A DNA stretch of 63,968 nucleotides, counting the filler, from Octopus bimaculoides (taxonomy: Eukaryota): the NCBI RefSeq assembly GCF_001194135.2. It is 5 parts of 5 records of this genome, joined end to end, with 100 filler letters (N's around TTAATTAATTAA, not from the genome) between each part and the next. Parts side by side here need not be neighbours in the genome. Positions count along the whole stretch, not along the records: positions 1 to 30,481 come from NC_068985.1; 4 more parts are not named here. One strand, given 5' to 3'. A program made the position numbers and the translations under genes. The notes beneath the pieces are model-generated. The model did not search any database, was not told where the DNA came from, and was given only the letters and a program-made list of their open reading frames with translations. Positions 12,016 to 24,806 of the stretch are shown here, one piece after another; within the stretch, counting starts at the first letter, position 1; each line of letters begins with the position of its first letter.

Positions 12016-12534
12016 GAGATATTTACATGTATATACAACCTTCCCCCACACGCACACGATAACATCTCTTACAAAAAACGACCCATCTAGCCAACCACCT
12101 ATGCAACCCACCAGCCAACTAGCCAGCCAGCCAGCCAGCCAACAAACCCGCATTCAATAACCGAAATGTTACTGACATGTCTTGTAAACAGGAAAACAAT
12201 AAAATAAAACATAAATATAATATGATACAGAAAAGCACAGACCTACGAACATAAAAAATAAATCAAAACTAGACAAAAAACTATTCAAAAGTGAATGTGA
12301 AATAATAAAAAATTAAAAACGAAATGAAACGAAATTGAAGAAAATTTTCTGTAAATATAATTAGAAAGAGATATTGCGTTTCAGTAAGATTCCATTCGTC
12401 TTTACAATCGCATTTAAATAGAAACCACCCACAACGCACTTTGCCCTTAATTCAAGTTTCCAAACGACATGTCCACCTACAGCATTGCAACCATTCTCAA
12501 TTATGTCTGCCTGGTTGTCTGCATAACCCGAGGT

Positions 12535-12745
<211 letters not shown>

Positions 12746-12864
12746 GCTGTGTTTCTATCTCTGTCACTCTTCTCCCGCTCCCACATTGTTTCTCGTTAGG
12801 TACACAAGAGAAGTAGAAATTTTCTCTGTTGTTCTCGCTTCTTCTGTTTATTTATTTTGAATAT

Positions 12865-13193
12865 TTTGTGTATGTATGTATGTATGTATGTATGTATGTA
12901 TATATGTATGTATGCGGGGTGGGTGGGGAGACGTCACACACATGCACACGCGCTCGCACGCACATACACACACACACACACACATACAACCGCGTGCACG
13001 CTCACATAACAGAAGTATGGAAAAGCTTTTTGTTTGTGATGAGCATTAAGTGAATAATTCGATAAGGTAGGAAAGTTGTTGGTTGGTAGGTTCCACGTGT
13101 GTGTGTGTGTAATGTATGTGTATGTGTGTGTGTATGCGTGTGTGTGTGTGATGTATGTGTATGTATGTATATATGTATATGTATATATATATA

Positions 13194-13231
<38 letters not shown>

Positions 13232-13254
13232 TATATGTATAATGTATGTGTATG

Positions 13255-13327
<73 letters not shown>

Positions 13328-13735
13328 GTACACATACATATATACATACGTACATACATACACGTATTCACATATACAGAAAGAGATAAACAGACAAAAC
13401 AGACAAACAGACAGATAGATAGATGCATACATACATACATACATACATACATACATACATACAGCCAGACAGACAGACATACATACATACATACATACAT
13501 ACATGCAAGCATATATAAGGACATAGCTTGCAGAATAAATATTTACAAAAAGAAATATTTGTATATACACGCACACACGTACATATATACGTGTGTGTGT
13601 GCGCGCGCGTGTGGATAGATACACAGCTTGAGTGAGTGTGCATGAGTGAGTGAGTGATTGAGTGAGTGAGTGAATGAGTGATTGAGTGAGTGAGTGAATT
13701 AGTGAGAGAGTGAGTGAGTGAGGGAGTGAGTGAGA
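12865..13735. repeat. Compound microsatellite block (TATG, CA, TA, TG, ACAG, GAGT)
   Basis: Direct. Confidence 0.95.
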
Positions 13736-14598
13736 CAAGGTAGATCCTGCAGTAAGAGGCGGAAGCGATTGTTATTGTACATCTGTTCTCCTCCAGAAGT
13801 GAAACTGAAAGCATCTTCTGGGGTGGGGTTCAGGGTGGACAATTGTTCCTGTAATGAACATTGAACTGGTGCCATAGATGGATGGCACTGAAGAGCTTGC
13901 TATAGCAAACTGTTGTGACAGTCGAGATTGCTGTTGTTGACGAACACGACGACGACGACGACGATGATAATGATGCTGGTGATGGCATGGAGGGTTGTCG
14001 TTGGAGATGGTCAGGAAAATAGTACTGGCTGGGTTGGCAGTGTCAGTGGTTACGATGATGATAATGATGATGATGGTGGTGGTGGTGGTGGTGGTGGTGG
14101 TGGTGATGATGATGATGATGACGACGACGACGATGATGTTGTTGTTGTTGTTGTTGCTGTTGCTTTACTTCAAGTATGCTCGAATCAATGGCGGTATTAA
14201 ACTAGATGACACACATAGTCTACCATAAACGTTGGCCATGGATGGATTTGAACTCAGAACACAAAGGGCCGGAGCAATTACAGCAACGCGTCACCGTCGT
14301 CACTACGCTCTAACGATTCAGCCAGTGCACCGCATCTCCTTAAACTAATGATGACATAAATATGATGACGTTGATGGTGATGATGATGATGCTGATGGTG
14401 GTCGTGGTGTGGTGGTCGTCTTCGTCGTATCGTTGTCATCGTCGTATCGTTGTTGTCGTTGTCGTCGTAGTCATAGTGACTATTGCGTGGGAGTGTAAAC
14501 AGGTCCGGAGGTGAGCTGCTAATTGGAAGAGTTCATCAGCCAAGATGGCAACATTCATTCATTCATTCATCCATTCGTCCTTTCACTTGGTCATTCAT

Positions 14599-14640
<42 letters not shown>

Positions 14641-15012
14641 CATATTTATGCCTTTCTATAGGCGGTAACTACAATAATTGCAATGCTGAAGACTTGCACT
14701 GAAACAAGAAACCTGTCTGGCGTCATGACTTCTTTTTTTCACCTTCCTTCGCTTCTTCCGCCTCACCTCCTGTTCCCTCCTCCCCCTTCCCTCATCCCCA
14801 CCACTGACCTCAAAATCCTGACCAATTGATTTTGCTTTATGTATGAAGTGTTATTGCTATTCTCTTCCCATTATTTTCAAACCTCTCTCTTCTCTCTCAT
14901 CATCTCTGTCTGCCTCTCTCTCTCTTTCTCTCCCTCTCTCTTTCTCTTCCTTTCTCTCCCTCTCCCTCTCCCTCTGTCTCTTTCTGTCGGTCTGTTTGTC
15001 TGTCTGCCTCTC

Positions 15013-15477
15013 TCACTCTTTTTCTCCTCCTCTCTCTCTCTCCCCCCTCCTTTTTTTGTCATTTTCTTGATGTATGAGGAGATAAAAAAAGACATTGCCT
15101 CCTGTTGCTTCAATATATTCCACATCATCTCTCAATAAACGAGTCCCGAATACCATTGAAAGCGTCGCGGAGAAACTGCGAGTAATCTTTAATAAAGGGT
15201 AAACCAGTTTAGCATTGGTATTGCTGTTGCTAATGTTGTTATTGCTGTTGTTGATGTTACTGTTATCATTCTTGTAGTGGATGTCGTTGCTTCTTGTTAA
15301 CTCCACCTTAGCGAAGGCGGAGGTATTGTTTTCAGTCGTGTTTGTTTGTTCGTAGACAAGATATCTCAAGAACCGCTGGATGGATTCGGATGAAACTTCC
15401 AGGAGTGTTTGACCTCGTGATTGGCACGAACTGATTAGATTTTGGGAACGATCCGGTACCGGACAAGGATTCTGCAT
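15013..15477 (-). CDS. Possible coding exon/ORF, unknown Asn/Ser-rich protein
   Basis: 154-aa ATG-initiated ORF whose first ~113 codons are non-repetitive apart from an N/S-rich patch; no homology recognised; the 3' end runs into an (AG)n tract. Confidence 0.25.
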   Translation of the reverse strand: MQNPCPVPDRSQNLISSCQSRGQTLLEVSSESIQRFLRYLVYEQTNTTENNTSAFAKVELTRSNDIHYKNDNSNINNSNNNISNSNTNAKLVYPLLKITRSFSATLSMVFGTRLLRDDVEYIEATGGNVFFYLLIHQENDKKRRGERERGGEKE

Positions 15478-16227
15478 TATTTTTCGTTTTTTTTTTTTTG
15501 TTTTTTTTTTACTTAATTTTTAGTATTTTCGTTTGTAAAAATTTCAGATATTCTCATTTTAAAGATCCAAGGCGGTGGATCATTAGTACACCGAATAAAA
15601 TGCTTTGCAGTATTTCTCCCGGCTTTATTGCTCTGGGTTCAAATTTCGCCGAAGTTGACTTTGCCTTCCATCTTTTCGAGGTTGATAAGATAATCTCAGA
15701 GGAGCCCTGGGATTAATGTAAATGACAACCCCCTCCCACAAAGTTTCAGGTTTTGTGCCTATAGTAGAAAGGATTACTCTTGCTGTTGTCGTTAATAGTT
15801 GCTGCTGATATTTCTGTTGCTGCTGCACCTGTTGTAGCTGTTGCTGCTGCCTCTGCTATTGCTGCCTCTGTCACTGCTGCTACTGCTGCTACAAGACTCT
15901 CCATTCTGGTTTATCTCAGGCATGGGAAACCTTTTTCGCGAGAGGGTCACATGAGACATAACTCCTGATCAAGCGGACCGCACTACTAAAGAAATTCAAG
16001 GTAATTTTTCGTTAGGCGTCCTATTCAGAAAGTCCTGCGGGATTTAGCTTTTCCTGTTAGAACAGATGTGGATAGGATTATAATTATTAATCATCTTCAG
16101 TTTTTTTTTTTATTGAATAACCGGAAGCGAAGGCAATAATAGAGAAGATGGTTGCTAGTGGAAGCGTGATGTTTATGTTTCATCAAAGTGAAAATCACAT
16201 CTAGTAAATATAAATAAATAAATAAAT

Positions 16228-16635
16228 AGGCGCAGGCGTAGCTGTGTGGTAAGAAGCTTGCTTCCCAACCACATGGTTCCGGGTTCCGTCCCACTGCGTG
16301 GCACCTTGGGCAAGTGTCTTCTACTATAGCCTCGGGCCGACCAAAGCCTTGTGAGTGGATTTAGTAGACGGAAACTGAAAGAAGCCCGTCGGATATATAT
16401 GTGTGTGCGCATGTATGTGTGTGTTTGTGTGTGTCTGTTCCCCCACCATCACTTGACAACCAATGTTGGTGTGTTTATCTCCTCGTAACCTTGCGGTTCG
16501 CCAAAAGAGACCCATAGAATAAGTACTTGGCTTACAAAGAATAAGTCCTGGGGTCGATTTGTTCTACTAAAAACCCTTTAAGGCGGTGCACCAGCATGGC
16601 CGAAATCAAATGACTGAAACAAGAAAAAGAGCAAA
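16228..16635 (+). mobile_element. SINE family A, full length
   Basis: Complete head, internal (TG)n, tail ...aaatgactgaaacaagaaaaaga. Confidence 0.92.
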
Positions 16636-16704
16636 AGAAATGAAATGAATAAATAGATAGATAGATAAATAAATAAATAAAATAAAATAAAATAAAATAA
16701 AATA

Positions 16705-16895
16705 ATGATGGCACAAGGCCAGCAAGTTCGATGGGGGTGGGGGCCAAATGTTCAACTGGTACTTATTTTATCGACCCCGAAAGAATAAAAGCAAAGTCTA
16801 CTTCGGCGGAATTTGAACTCAAAACGTGAAGGCGGACGAAATGCCACTAAGCGTTTTGCCCTCTATACTAACGGTTCTGCCAACTCCCCGCCTTA
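16705..16895 (-). mobile_element. SINE family C
   Basis: Shared family C motifs. Confidence 0.85.
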
Positions 16896-16904
16896 CTCTC
16901 ATGT

Positions 16905-17012
16905 TTACAGCTGAGTGAAATAAAGTGTCTTGCACAAGATCACAACACTCAGCCCCGTCCGGGAATCGAACTCACAACATCATGAATTTGAGCTCGACAT
17001 CCTAACCGTTGA
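16905..17012 (-). mobile_element. SINE family D head fragment
   Basis: aaataaagtgtcttgc.caaga..acaaca...gggaatcgaactc; matches 50120-50241 and 55730-55830. Confidence 0.75.
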
Positions 17013-17072
17013 GGTAACAAAGCATAATAAAGTGCATAATATATAATTTGATTATTACATAATAATCGTTTC

Positions 17073-17739
17073 GGATCTATTTCAAAACGGGGACACCAGT
17101 ATTTTCTTAACGAAACACTAACGAAACACTTTGAAACTTGGGACACTGGTAGAATGTGTCATATAAAACATCTTTTACTCTTAGTCTTCTTAACAAAAAA
17201 ACCTACATCGCAAGTTATTCCATGTTAAAGTTGTCGTATTTCTGTAATTTCAACCAATCACTGACGTCTATTCAGCTGAATAGAGTTACTGCTGGGCGGT
17301 CATAAAAATGTTATTCCCTGTGACATATTTCATCCGGTTTAATCGTAATTTATACGCATATATTGTTTATATAATAAATTACGCTGTGCGTATCTATGTA
17401 TGTAACAATTTTAGAGTTCGGATTCTAGAGTTAGGGTTAGTTTTAGGGTTAGGATTAGGGTTAGGATTAACAGTCTAGTTAGGGTTAGGGTTAGGGTTAG
17501 GGGATTAATACGATATACACCGTTACAGCGCTAACTGTTTTCAACTGAATAGACGTCAGTGATTAGTAGAAATTATCGAAATAAGACAATTTTTTACATG
17601 AAATAAATTCGAATACAAAAATTTTTTTCTGTTCTATAACACAAAATAGATAAGTATACGAAGTTTGAAAGTCTTTCGGTACCAAAAACACTACATAAAA
17701 CATAAATGAAAACTGGTGCCCCCGTTTTAAAATAGATCC
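17073..17739. mobile_element. Complete non-autonomous DNA transposon (MITE), 28-bp TIRs, 8-bp TSD, internal TTAGGG repeats; Merlin-like ends
   Basis: TIRs 17073-17100 and 17712-17739 (26/28 match, begin GG); TSD ATCGTTTC at 17065-17072 and 17740-17747. The superfamily call rests only on the GG start and 8-bp TSD. Confidence 0.9.
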
Positions 17740-17754
17740 ATCGTTTCTACTATA

Positions 17755-17955
17755 GACACAAGCCCTTAAATATTGGGGTGGAGGGGTTGTCGATTACATC
17801 GCCACCAATTCTTAACTTGTACTTATACTATCGATCGCGAAAGGATCGAAGGCAAAGTTAAGCTCGGCCGAATTTGAACTCAGAACGCGAAGCCGGAAGA
17901 GAATCTGCATTTTGTCCCGACTCGCTGACGATTCTGCCAGCTCGCTGCCTTACTT
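17755..17955 (-). mobile_element. SINE family C
   Basis: Shared family C motifs. Confidence 0.85.
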
Positions 17956-18619
17956 ACCATTACACATGCGCGCGCGGCAAACTTCGGCACAGCACAATCG
18001 TCTCCGTTTAGAAATCTTACTCACAAGGTTTATTGGTCAACATTACGATTACAATGGTATGAATACCAAAAGTGCCCCATTGAGGGTTCGAACCTGAACT
18101 CGCATAATAGATAATAGCGAAACGAACTTCTAAACCACACTGCTTTGCACACGTCAATGAGTGCTGCAAAAAACAACAACAACAACAAAACAATGCGTAG
18201 TATATTTATTACAATGTTCTGTGTGTGTCCTGCTAACTTACTTAGCCTTGTCATTCAAAATATCTATCTGCATCTAGCAACGACCCGGATCGAAACATTT
18301 GTATTTATTATATTTTTTTGGTTTTTCTCTTATATTCTTTTTTATATTACCTTTTTAGTCTTTACCCTTATTGGAAATGTACTTATCGATTAATGGCTTT
18401 TGTTGCAAATGTAAAAGAAAGACATAATCGATTACTTCACTGAAAGGAAAGAGAGGATGTGGACAATACATAAATACATACATATACATATACATACACT
18501 TATATACATACATATATCTATACATACATATATATATATGTACACATACGCATACATCTATATAATATATACATACTCATACGTACATACATACACACAT
18601 ACATACATACATACATACA

Positions 18620-18652
<33 letters not shown>

Positions 18653-19528
18653 TCGTAATGATTTTCTAATTTTGGAACAACGCATATTGGGTGGAATGCG
18701 GATGGCAGAGGGTATACTTGACGTAAACCACCCCAATACTTGAACTATGTATATTTTATCGACCCAGGAGGAATGGACTTTAAACAGAATGTATTAAGAT
18801 ACAAAGATATGAAGTTAAATAGCGCAGTATTTTTCATCCATCTCCGCCTAGTTTTTTTCCATCTATTTTCCAACCCCTTATTTTTAACGGGTTTGATCTA
18901 AGGGAAGATGTTTTACTCATAGCTCTCTCAGGACCTCTGGGGTAAAAATGATGGCGAAAGAAAAAAGAACAAGGGCAAAGAGGGCATTATAAGTGATGAA
19001 GTTTGGGAAGAAAGCACGAAGCGAAATAATTAGTAGAGGTTTAGATAGTAGCATAGCTAAAGTTTTTGCAACTCGAGGCTGCGTTTGAGGTTGCTGCCGC
19101 TCCATCACTGGCTCTCCAAGCCTATGCAAGCTCATACAGCAAGCCCCAAATGCTGTCTCTGCGTATAAAAGTGTCGACCAGGGCAGGCACCAAACCCTCG
19201 CCCCCTCACTAACTACGCTACAGGGGTCTGCAAGATGGTGGTGGTATTGGTGTTGGGGGGTCGGAGATACTAAGAAAAAGTTAGTAAGATAGACGAAGAT
19301 TACTTTGGGGCTACGGGAGTAGTGGGCCCTTTTCAAAGAGACTATCAAGGCTTTTTTTTTTGTTTTTTTTTTGTTAAGAGAGGATTTCGACAGAGAGTCA
19401 TGGAGGTATATTACTGTTGGTGTTTGTGGTGGTGGTAGATGTAATTAATATGAGTGATGGGATGCGAGGTAACGAGTGGGTTGGCGGAGAGGGCCTGTAT
19501 GGAAAATGACCCGTGACCAGTCAGCTCA

Positions 19529-19615
19529 AAGGAGTAGAGGCTATTATAGTAAGGAGTAGAGGCTATTATAGTAAGGAGTAGAAGCTATCATAGTAAGGAG
19601 TAGAGGCTATTATAG
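19529..19615. repeat. 22-bp tandem repeat x4 (AAGGAGTAGAGGCTATTATAGT)
   Basis: Direct. Confidence 0.95.
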
Positions 19616-20589
19616 AGTGTTGTTGATATTTTTTGTTGTGGTTTTTGCTGCTGTCTTTGTTGTTGTTTTATATTTGTTGTTGTGGTTGTTGTGGTTATTA
19701 ATGTTGTTTATCGCCATATAGGTCTTAGCAGACTTATGACCATAGTTTTTTTTTTACCAGCCTTGATCATCTCGGCTTTTTTTTCTTTTTTCTTCCTAGA
19801 CTGCATTATTCAGTGTACCCTTTTGTCTTAAAGACAATAGCTATGCTGGAGTACCATGATATGATACAATAGAGACAAGCCTACCGTTTCTAGAAGGTCG
19901 ATGGAGCACATTGAGTCCCTCTCGTTTTCCTGAAATAATAATTTTTAAGAGAGCACAGGCCATAAATTTAGTGGTCGGTCGCTTAAATCGATTCCAGTAC
20001 TTGATTAGAACTTCATTTTATCGATCCTAGATGGCTTGAAGACAAAGTCATTAACAGTAACGTCCTTTCATTCTAGTCTTTTCTTGGTTCTTATCCTTCT
20101 TCTATTGCAATATTAAAGGAACGGGAAAATCCATGTTTTTTTTTGGGGTTTTTTTCATACAAAAACATGAATGTTTCAGTTTCTTCTATATTGGACCAGA
20201 GACGCTTAAAGGAAAATAACATATGACTCTTATGAACGAATTATTCATTGCAACAATATGTCTTGTAATTTACCAAATGCTATTGAGCAGGCCTTGGTGG
20301 ACATATTTAGTAAAAGTTTCAGTTCTGGAATTGAAATAGCTGTTGTGACTATTGGACTTTTGCAGGATGTGTATTGTTTCTGCTTTTCAGAAGCTGCATT
20401 TGCTTGACCCATTCACATATGTGCTTTCATCTTATAGTATTTGATGTTATAAGCGACGATTTTGTCTCTCAGTTTTCAGACGTGGTTTGCTAATTTCATG
20501 TTATTTCTTTTATCATGCCTCGTGATAAATTACGCTGTGCGTATCTGTGTTTGTATTAATGTATGTTTGAAGATAATCTCGTTTCAAAC

Positions 20590-21910
20590 CACTCACCCAC
20601 TGATTATTCGCACTATGCCAAACCCATGGCCTCCAAATACCTGATCCACCGGAACTCAGCAATTACAGATAGTACTAAATTCATTATCTTGACAGCAAAT
20701 TCATTATCTTGTAAGAGTGATGAAAAATGTATCCCACGTGTGCAACCCAAGTGAACTAGAGGGAGACATATAACACTTCATCCACCGCATGCAGTTCTCT
20801 GAATATAATCAAAGAGACAGAATCACGGTGTGTAAAGGAGCTATAGCAAAATTCAAGACCAACATAGAGAATGACACGAATGGGATCTGCCCACAGTATA
20901 GGAACAAATCATGGAATAGTGTAGAAAAGACTAAGAGAAAAATAGAGACGGCTAGCTCATGGCATCGCAGCCCAAAATACGAAAGCGTCATGTTCTTCGT
21001 TACTATCCACGGAGGCGAGTGTGTCGTTTCAGAAAAGCCTTAGATAAACTGAATCTAAGAATTAAAGTGGTAGAAAGGCCAGGAACTCCCATAAAATCCC
21101 TAATCAATAGGACCCCTTTGAAAGAAGCTTCTGTACTAATAGCAACTGTGTAGTATGTAGGGTGTGGAGACGCAATGGCCTAGTGGTTAGGGCAGCGGAC
21201 TCACGGTTATAGGATCGCGGTTTCAATTCCCAGACCGGGCGTTGTGAGTGTTTATTGAGCGAAAACACCTAAAAGTTCCACGAGGCTCCGGCAAGGGATG
21301 GTGGTGAACCCTGCTGTACTCTTTCACCACAACTTTCTCTCACTCTTACTTCCTGTTTCTGTTGTGCCTGTAATTCAAAGGGTCAGCCTTGTCACACTGT
21401 GTCACGCTGAATATCCCCGAGAACTACGTTAAGGGTACACGTGTCTGTGGCGTGCTCAGCCACTTGCACGTTAATTTCACGAGCAGGCTGTTCCGTCGAT
21501 TGGATCAACTGGAACCCTCGTCGTCGTAAGCGACGGAGTGCCAACACACACAGTATGTAGGGTAAGCCCACATGTAAACTGCAAAACTAAGAATGCAGTT
21601 TATAGGATAAGATGTACCAAGGGACAATGCAAAAACAACGACATAGAATAGAAAGACCGCCCGTAGCATAGGATATGGAAGAGAGTAAAAGGACACAAGC
21701 GTAAAATCAAGGAAGAGAAAAGCTCATCAGTGATATACAAACATGCCAAATTAGAACATGAAGGCTCGTTAGAACCAACACAATACTCTGAGAGGTTACA
21801 GAGGCTACACACAAAACAAAAAGTAGACTGGGCCTCAGCAGAAAACACGAATCAAATAGTAACAACCACACCCAACAACCTAACGAGTGAAGACAGAATA
21901 GGGCACAGGA
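20590..21910 (+). mobile_element. Decayed Penelope-like element: RT C-terminus, Cys-rich linker and GIY-YIG endonuclease, split by a SINE
   Basis: Peptides YAKPMASKYLIHRNSA, VRVMKNVS, HRMQFSEY, YESVMF, IKVVERPGTPIKSL; after removing the SINE, DPFERSFCTNSNCVVCRVSPHVNCKTKNAVYRIRC...KRVKGH...SSVIYKHAKLEH. Order and motifs fit Neptune-type PLEs. Confidence 0.85.
21164..21551 (+). mobile_element. SINE family B, full length, 12-bp TSD
   Basis: tRNA head (TGGCCTAGTGG, GTTTCAATTCC); TSD AGTATGTAGGGT at 21152-21163 and 21552-21563; excision restores the PLE reading frame. Confidence 0.93.
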
Positions 21911-22261
21911 AAAGAAAAAAAAACAATACAAAGGGGCACACAGATACAGACAAGACAATATACCCCACCACCCCCACACGCACATATGACATACATACAG
22001 GTCCCAAACAAACAGACACACAGGCACAGACGCAGATGCATGCTCAGATAAAGATACCACAAAGACAAGATGGAGTAAACAGAATAAGGCCAGAAAGAAA
22101 AAGAGTCACAGTAAAGAAAAAAAAGTTATTGAGGAGGTCACAGAATGGGTGATAAAAGAGCTTTGACAAAATAACAGATAACCAATAATAATAAAGCTGA
22201 AGTGAAAACCAAATAGTGCGTGTGTTTATTGGCAAAATGACCGTCCAAGAATATAACCCCC

Positions 22262-22500
22262 TTCCATCATCATCATTATCATCATCATCATCATCATCGT
22301 ATAACGTCCACTTTCCATGCTGACATGGGTTGGATGGTTTGACATGGAGCTAGTTAGCAGTGAGCTGTCCAGTCGCCAACTGTCAGTTGTGGCACGGTTT
22401 CTACGTCTGGATGCCCTTCCCAACGCCAACCACTTAGCAGAGTGTTTTGGGTGCTTTCTACGTGCCACCGGCACAGGTGCTTTTTGAGTGGCACTGACAC
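22262..22500 (-). mobile_element. Retroposon 3' fragment with (GAT)n tail, family E (RTE-type tail)
   Basis: catcatc..taacgtccactttccatgctgacatgggttgga; related copies at 40730-40940 (-) and 54630-54845 (+). Confidence 0.75.
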
Positions 22501-22514
22501 CTGAAAAAAAAAAA

Positions 22515-22680
22515 CTGCTTAGTTCTGAGTTCAAATCTCGCCGAGGTTAACTTTACTTTTCATTTATTCTGGGTCGATAAAAAAAAAGTACCAGTCAAGT
22601 ACCGGGGCCAATGTAATCAGCTTGCCTCTAACCCCTCGAAATTGCAAGCCTTGTGAGAAAATTAGAAAGAATATTTTGTG
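22515..22680 (+). mobile_element. SINE family C fragment
   Basis: gttctgagttcaaatctcgccgagg...ggggtcgataaa...gtaccag. Confidence 0.8.
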
Positions 22681-23899
22681 TTTAAATCATGTCGGCGTCG
22701 ATTTTTGCCTTTATATTTTTGAGAGTCAATTAGCGCCAGTAATACACTATTTTCGCTTCAACTTTTAACTTTGGGACAATATTATGGTGTATTTTACTTG
22801 TACGTAACTAGGCAATAACATNNNNNNNNNNNNNNNNNNNNNNNNNNNNNNNNNNNNNNNNNNNNNNNNNNNNNNNNNNNNNNNNNNNNNNNNNNNNNNN
22901 NNNNNNNNNNNNNNNNNNNNNNNNNNNNNNNNNNNNNNNNNNNNNNNNNNNNNNNNNNNNNNNNNNNNNNNNNNNNNNNNNNNNNNNNNNNNNNNNNNNN
23001 NNNNNNNNNNNNNNNNNNNNNNNNNNNNNNNNNNNNNNNNNNNNNNNNNNNNNNNNNNNNNNNNNNNNNNNNNNNNNNNNNNNNNNNNNNNNNNNNNNNN
23101 NNNNNNNNNNNNNNNNNNNNNNNNNNNNNNNNNNNNNNNNNNNNNNNNNNNNNNNNNNNNNNNNNNNNNNNNNNNNNNNNNNNNNNNNNNNNNNNNNNNN
23201 NNNNNNNNNNNNNNNNNNNNNNNNNNNNNNNNNNNNNNNNNNNNNNNNNNNNNNNNNNNNNNNNNNNNNNNNNNNNNNNNNNNNNNNNNNNNNNNNNNNN
23301 NNNNNNNNNNNNNNNNNNNNNNNNNNNNNNNNNNNNNNNNNNNNNNNNNNNNNNNNNNNNNNNNNNNNNNNNNNNNNNNNNNNNNNNNNNNNNNNNNNNN
23401 NNNNNNNNNNNNNNNNNNNNNNNNNNNNNNNNNNNNNNNNNNNNNNNNNNNNNNNNNNNNNNNNNNNNNNNNNNNNNNNNNNNNNNNNNNNNNNNNNNNN
23501 NNNNNNNNNNNNNNNNNNNNNNNNNNNNNNNNNNNNNNNNNNNNNNNNNNNNNNNNNNNNNNNNNNNNNNNNNNNNNNNNNNNNNNNNNNNNNNNNNNNN
23601 NNNNNNNNNNNNNNNNNNNNNNNNNNNNNNNNNNNNNNNNNNNNNNNNNNNNNNNNNNNNNNNNNNNNNNNNNNNNNNNNNNNNNNNNNNNNNNNNNNNN
23701 NNNNNNNNNNNNNNNNNNNNNNNNNNNNNNNNNNNNNNNNNNNNNNNNNNNNNNNNNNNNNNNNNNNNNNNNNNNNNNNNNNNNGTTTATTAGCTACTGC
23801 CAATATGCTTCAGCCATTTTTTGACAAGGAAATAATAATTTTATCACCGATAGAATTGTTTCAGAATCGTTTGTTTATGTAGTCGGCACTTAATGTATA

Positions 23900-24097
23900 T
23901 CGGCTGAATGGACGTCAGTGATTGGTTGAAATTACAGAAATACGACAACTTTAACATGGAATAACTTAGGGATTTCTTTTTTTTTTTTTAAGAAGACTAA
24001 GAGAAAAAGATGTTTCATATGACACATTCTACCAGTGTCCCAAGTTTCAAAGTGTTTCGTTAAGAAAATACTGTGGCCCCCGTTTTAAAATAGATCC
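23900..24097 (-). mobile_element. Partial copy of the 17073 MITE (one end)
   Basis: Reverse complement of the first ~200 bp of the 17073 element; ends ...ccgttttaaaatagatcc. Confidence 0.88.
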
Positions 24098-24433
24098 CGC
24101 TTACGTAGTCGAGCCAGTGGTGCGTCTATCTATTATTTATCTATTCGTATTCTTTTCCTTGTTTCAGTCATTAGACTGCGGCCATGCTTCCTTCCTTTCG
24201 TTCTCACTCTTTATAGTGAGCAGTCACATCTTGGATGGTCTGCCGCATGAAAGGTCAAAGGTCGAGAGGATGTCTAAACAATTACGCAGACAACTAAAAC
24301 AATTAACGAAGGCATCATACATGTCATCAAGTCACACTTGCTCTCGAGGGACGGTTGGTGGTACAACTGTGTATTCTATTTATCCTTCCCTTGTCTATAA
24401 AATATGTTTATTTTAGGCATGCATGCATGTATG

Positions 24434-24806
24434 GGATCTAGTTCAAAACGGGGGCACCAGTATTTTCTTAACGAAACACTAACGAAACACTTTGAAACTT
24501 GGGACACTGGTAGAATGTGTCATATAAAACATCTTTTACTCTTAGTCTTCTTAACAAAAAAAAAACGTACATCGCAAGTTATTCCATGTTAAAGTTGTCG
24601 TATTTCTGTAATTTCAACCAATCACTGACGTCTATTCAGCTGAATAGAGTTACTGCTGGGCGGTCATAAAAATGTTATTCCCTGTGACATATTTCATCCG
24701 GTTTAATCGTAATTTTTTACATGAAATAAATTCGAATACAAAAATTTTTTTCTGTTCTATAACACAAAATAGATAAGTATACGAAGTTTGAAAGTCTTTC
24801 GGTACC
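24434..24806 (+). mobile_element. Internally deleted copy of the 17073 MITE (runs into gap)
   Basis: Near-identical to 17073-17350, then jumps to the equivalent of ~17590, losing the TTAGGG block. Confidence 0.92.

Noticed and set aside
13881-13930. CTGAAGA...AAAC-TGT-TGTG-ACAG-TC hammerhead-like string
   Set aside because: G12 is absent and there is no stem I partner after the triplet.
18917-19348. 143-aa minus-strand ORF
   Set aside because: No recognisable domain and no canonical ATG start; may be an old retroelement fragment, but I cannot support a call.
22125-22182. Hammerhead-like remnant downstream of the GIY-YIG frame (GTTAT-TGAGGA-GGTCA..TGAC-AAAA..ATAAC)
   Set aside because: Plausible position, but C3, G12 and the UH triplet are missing; too many core mismatches.
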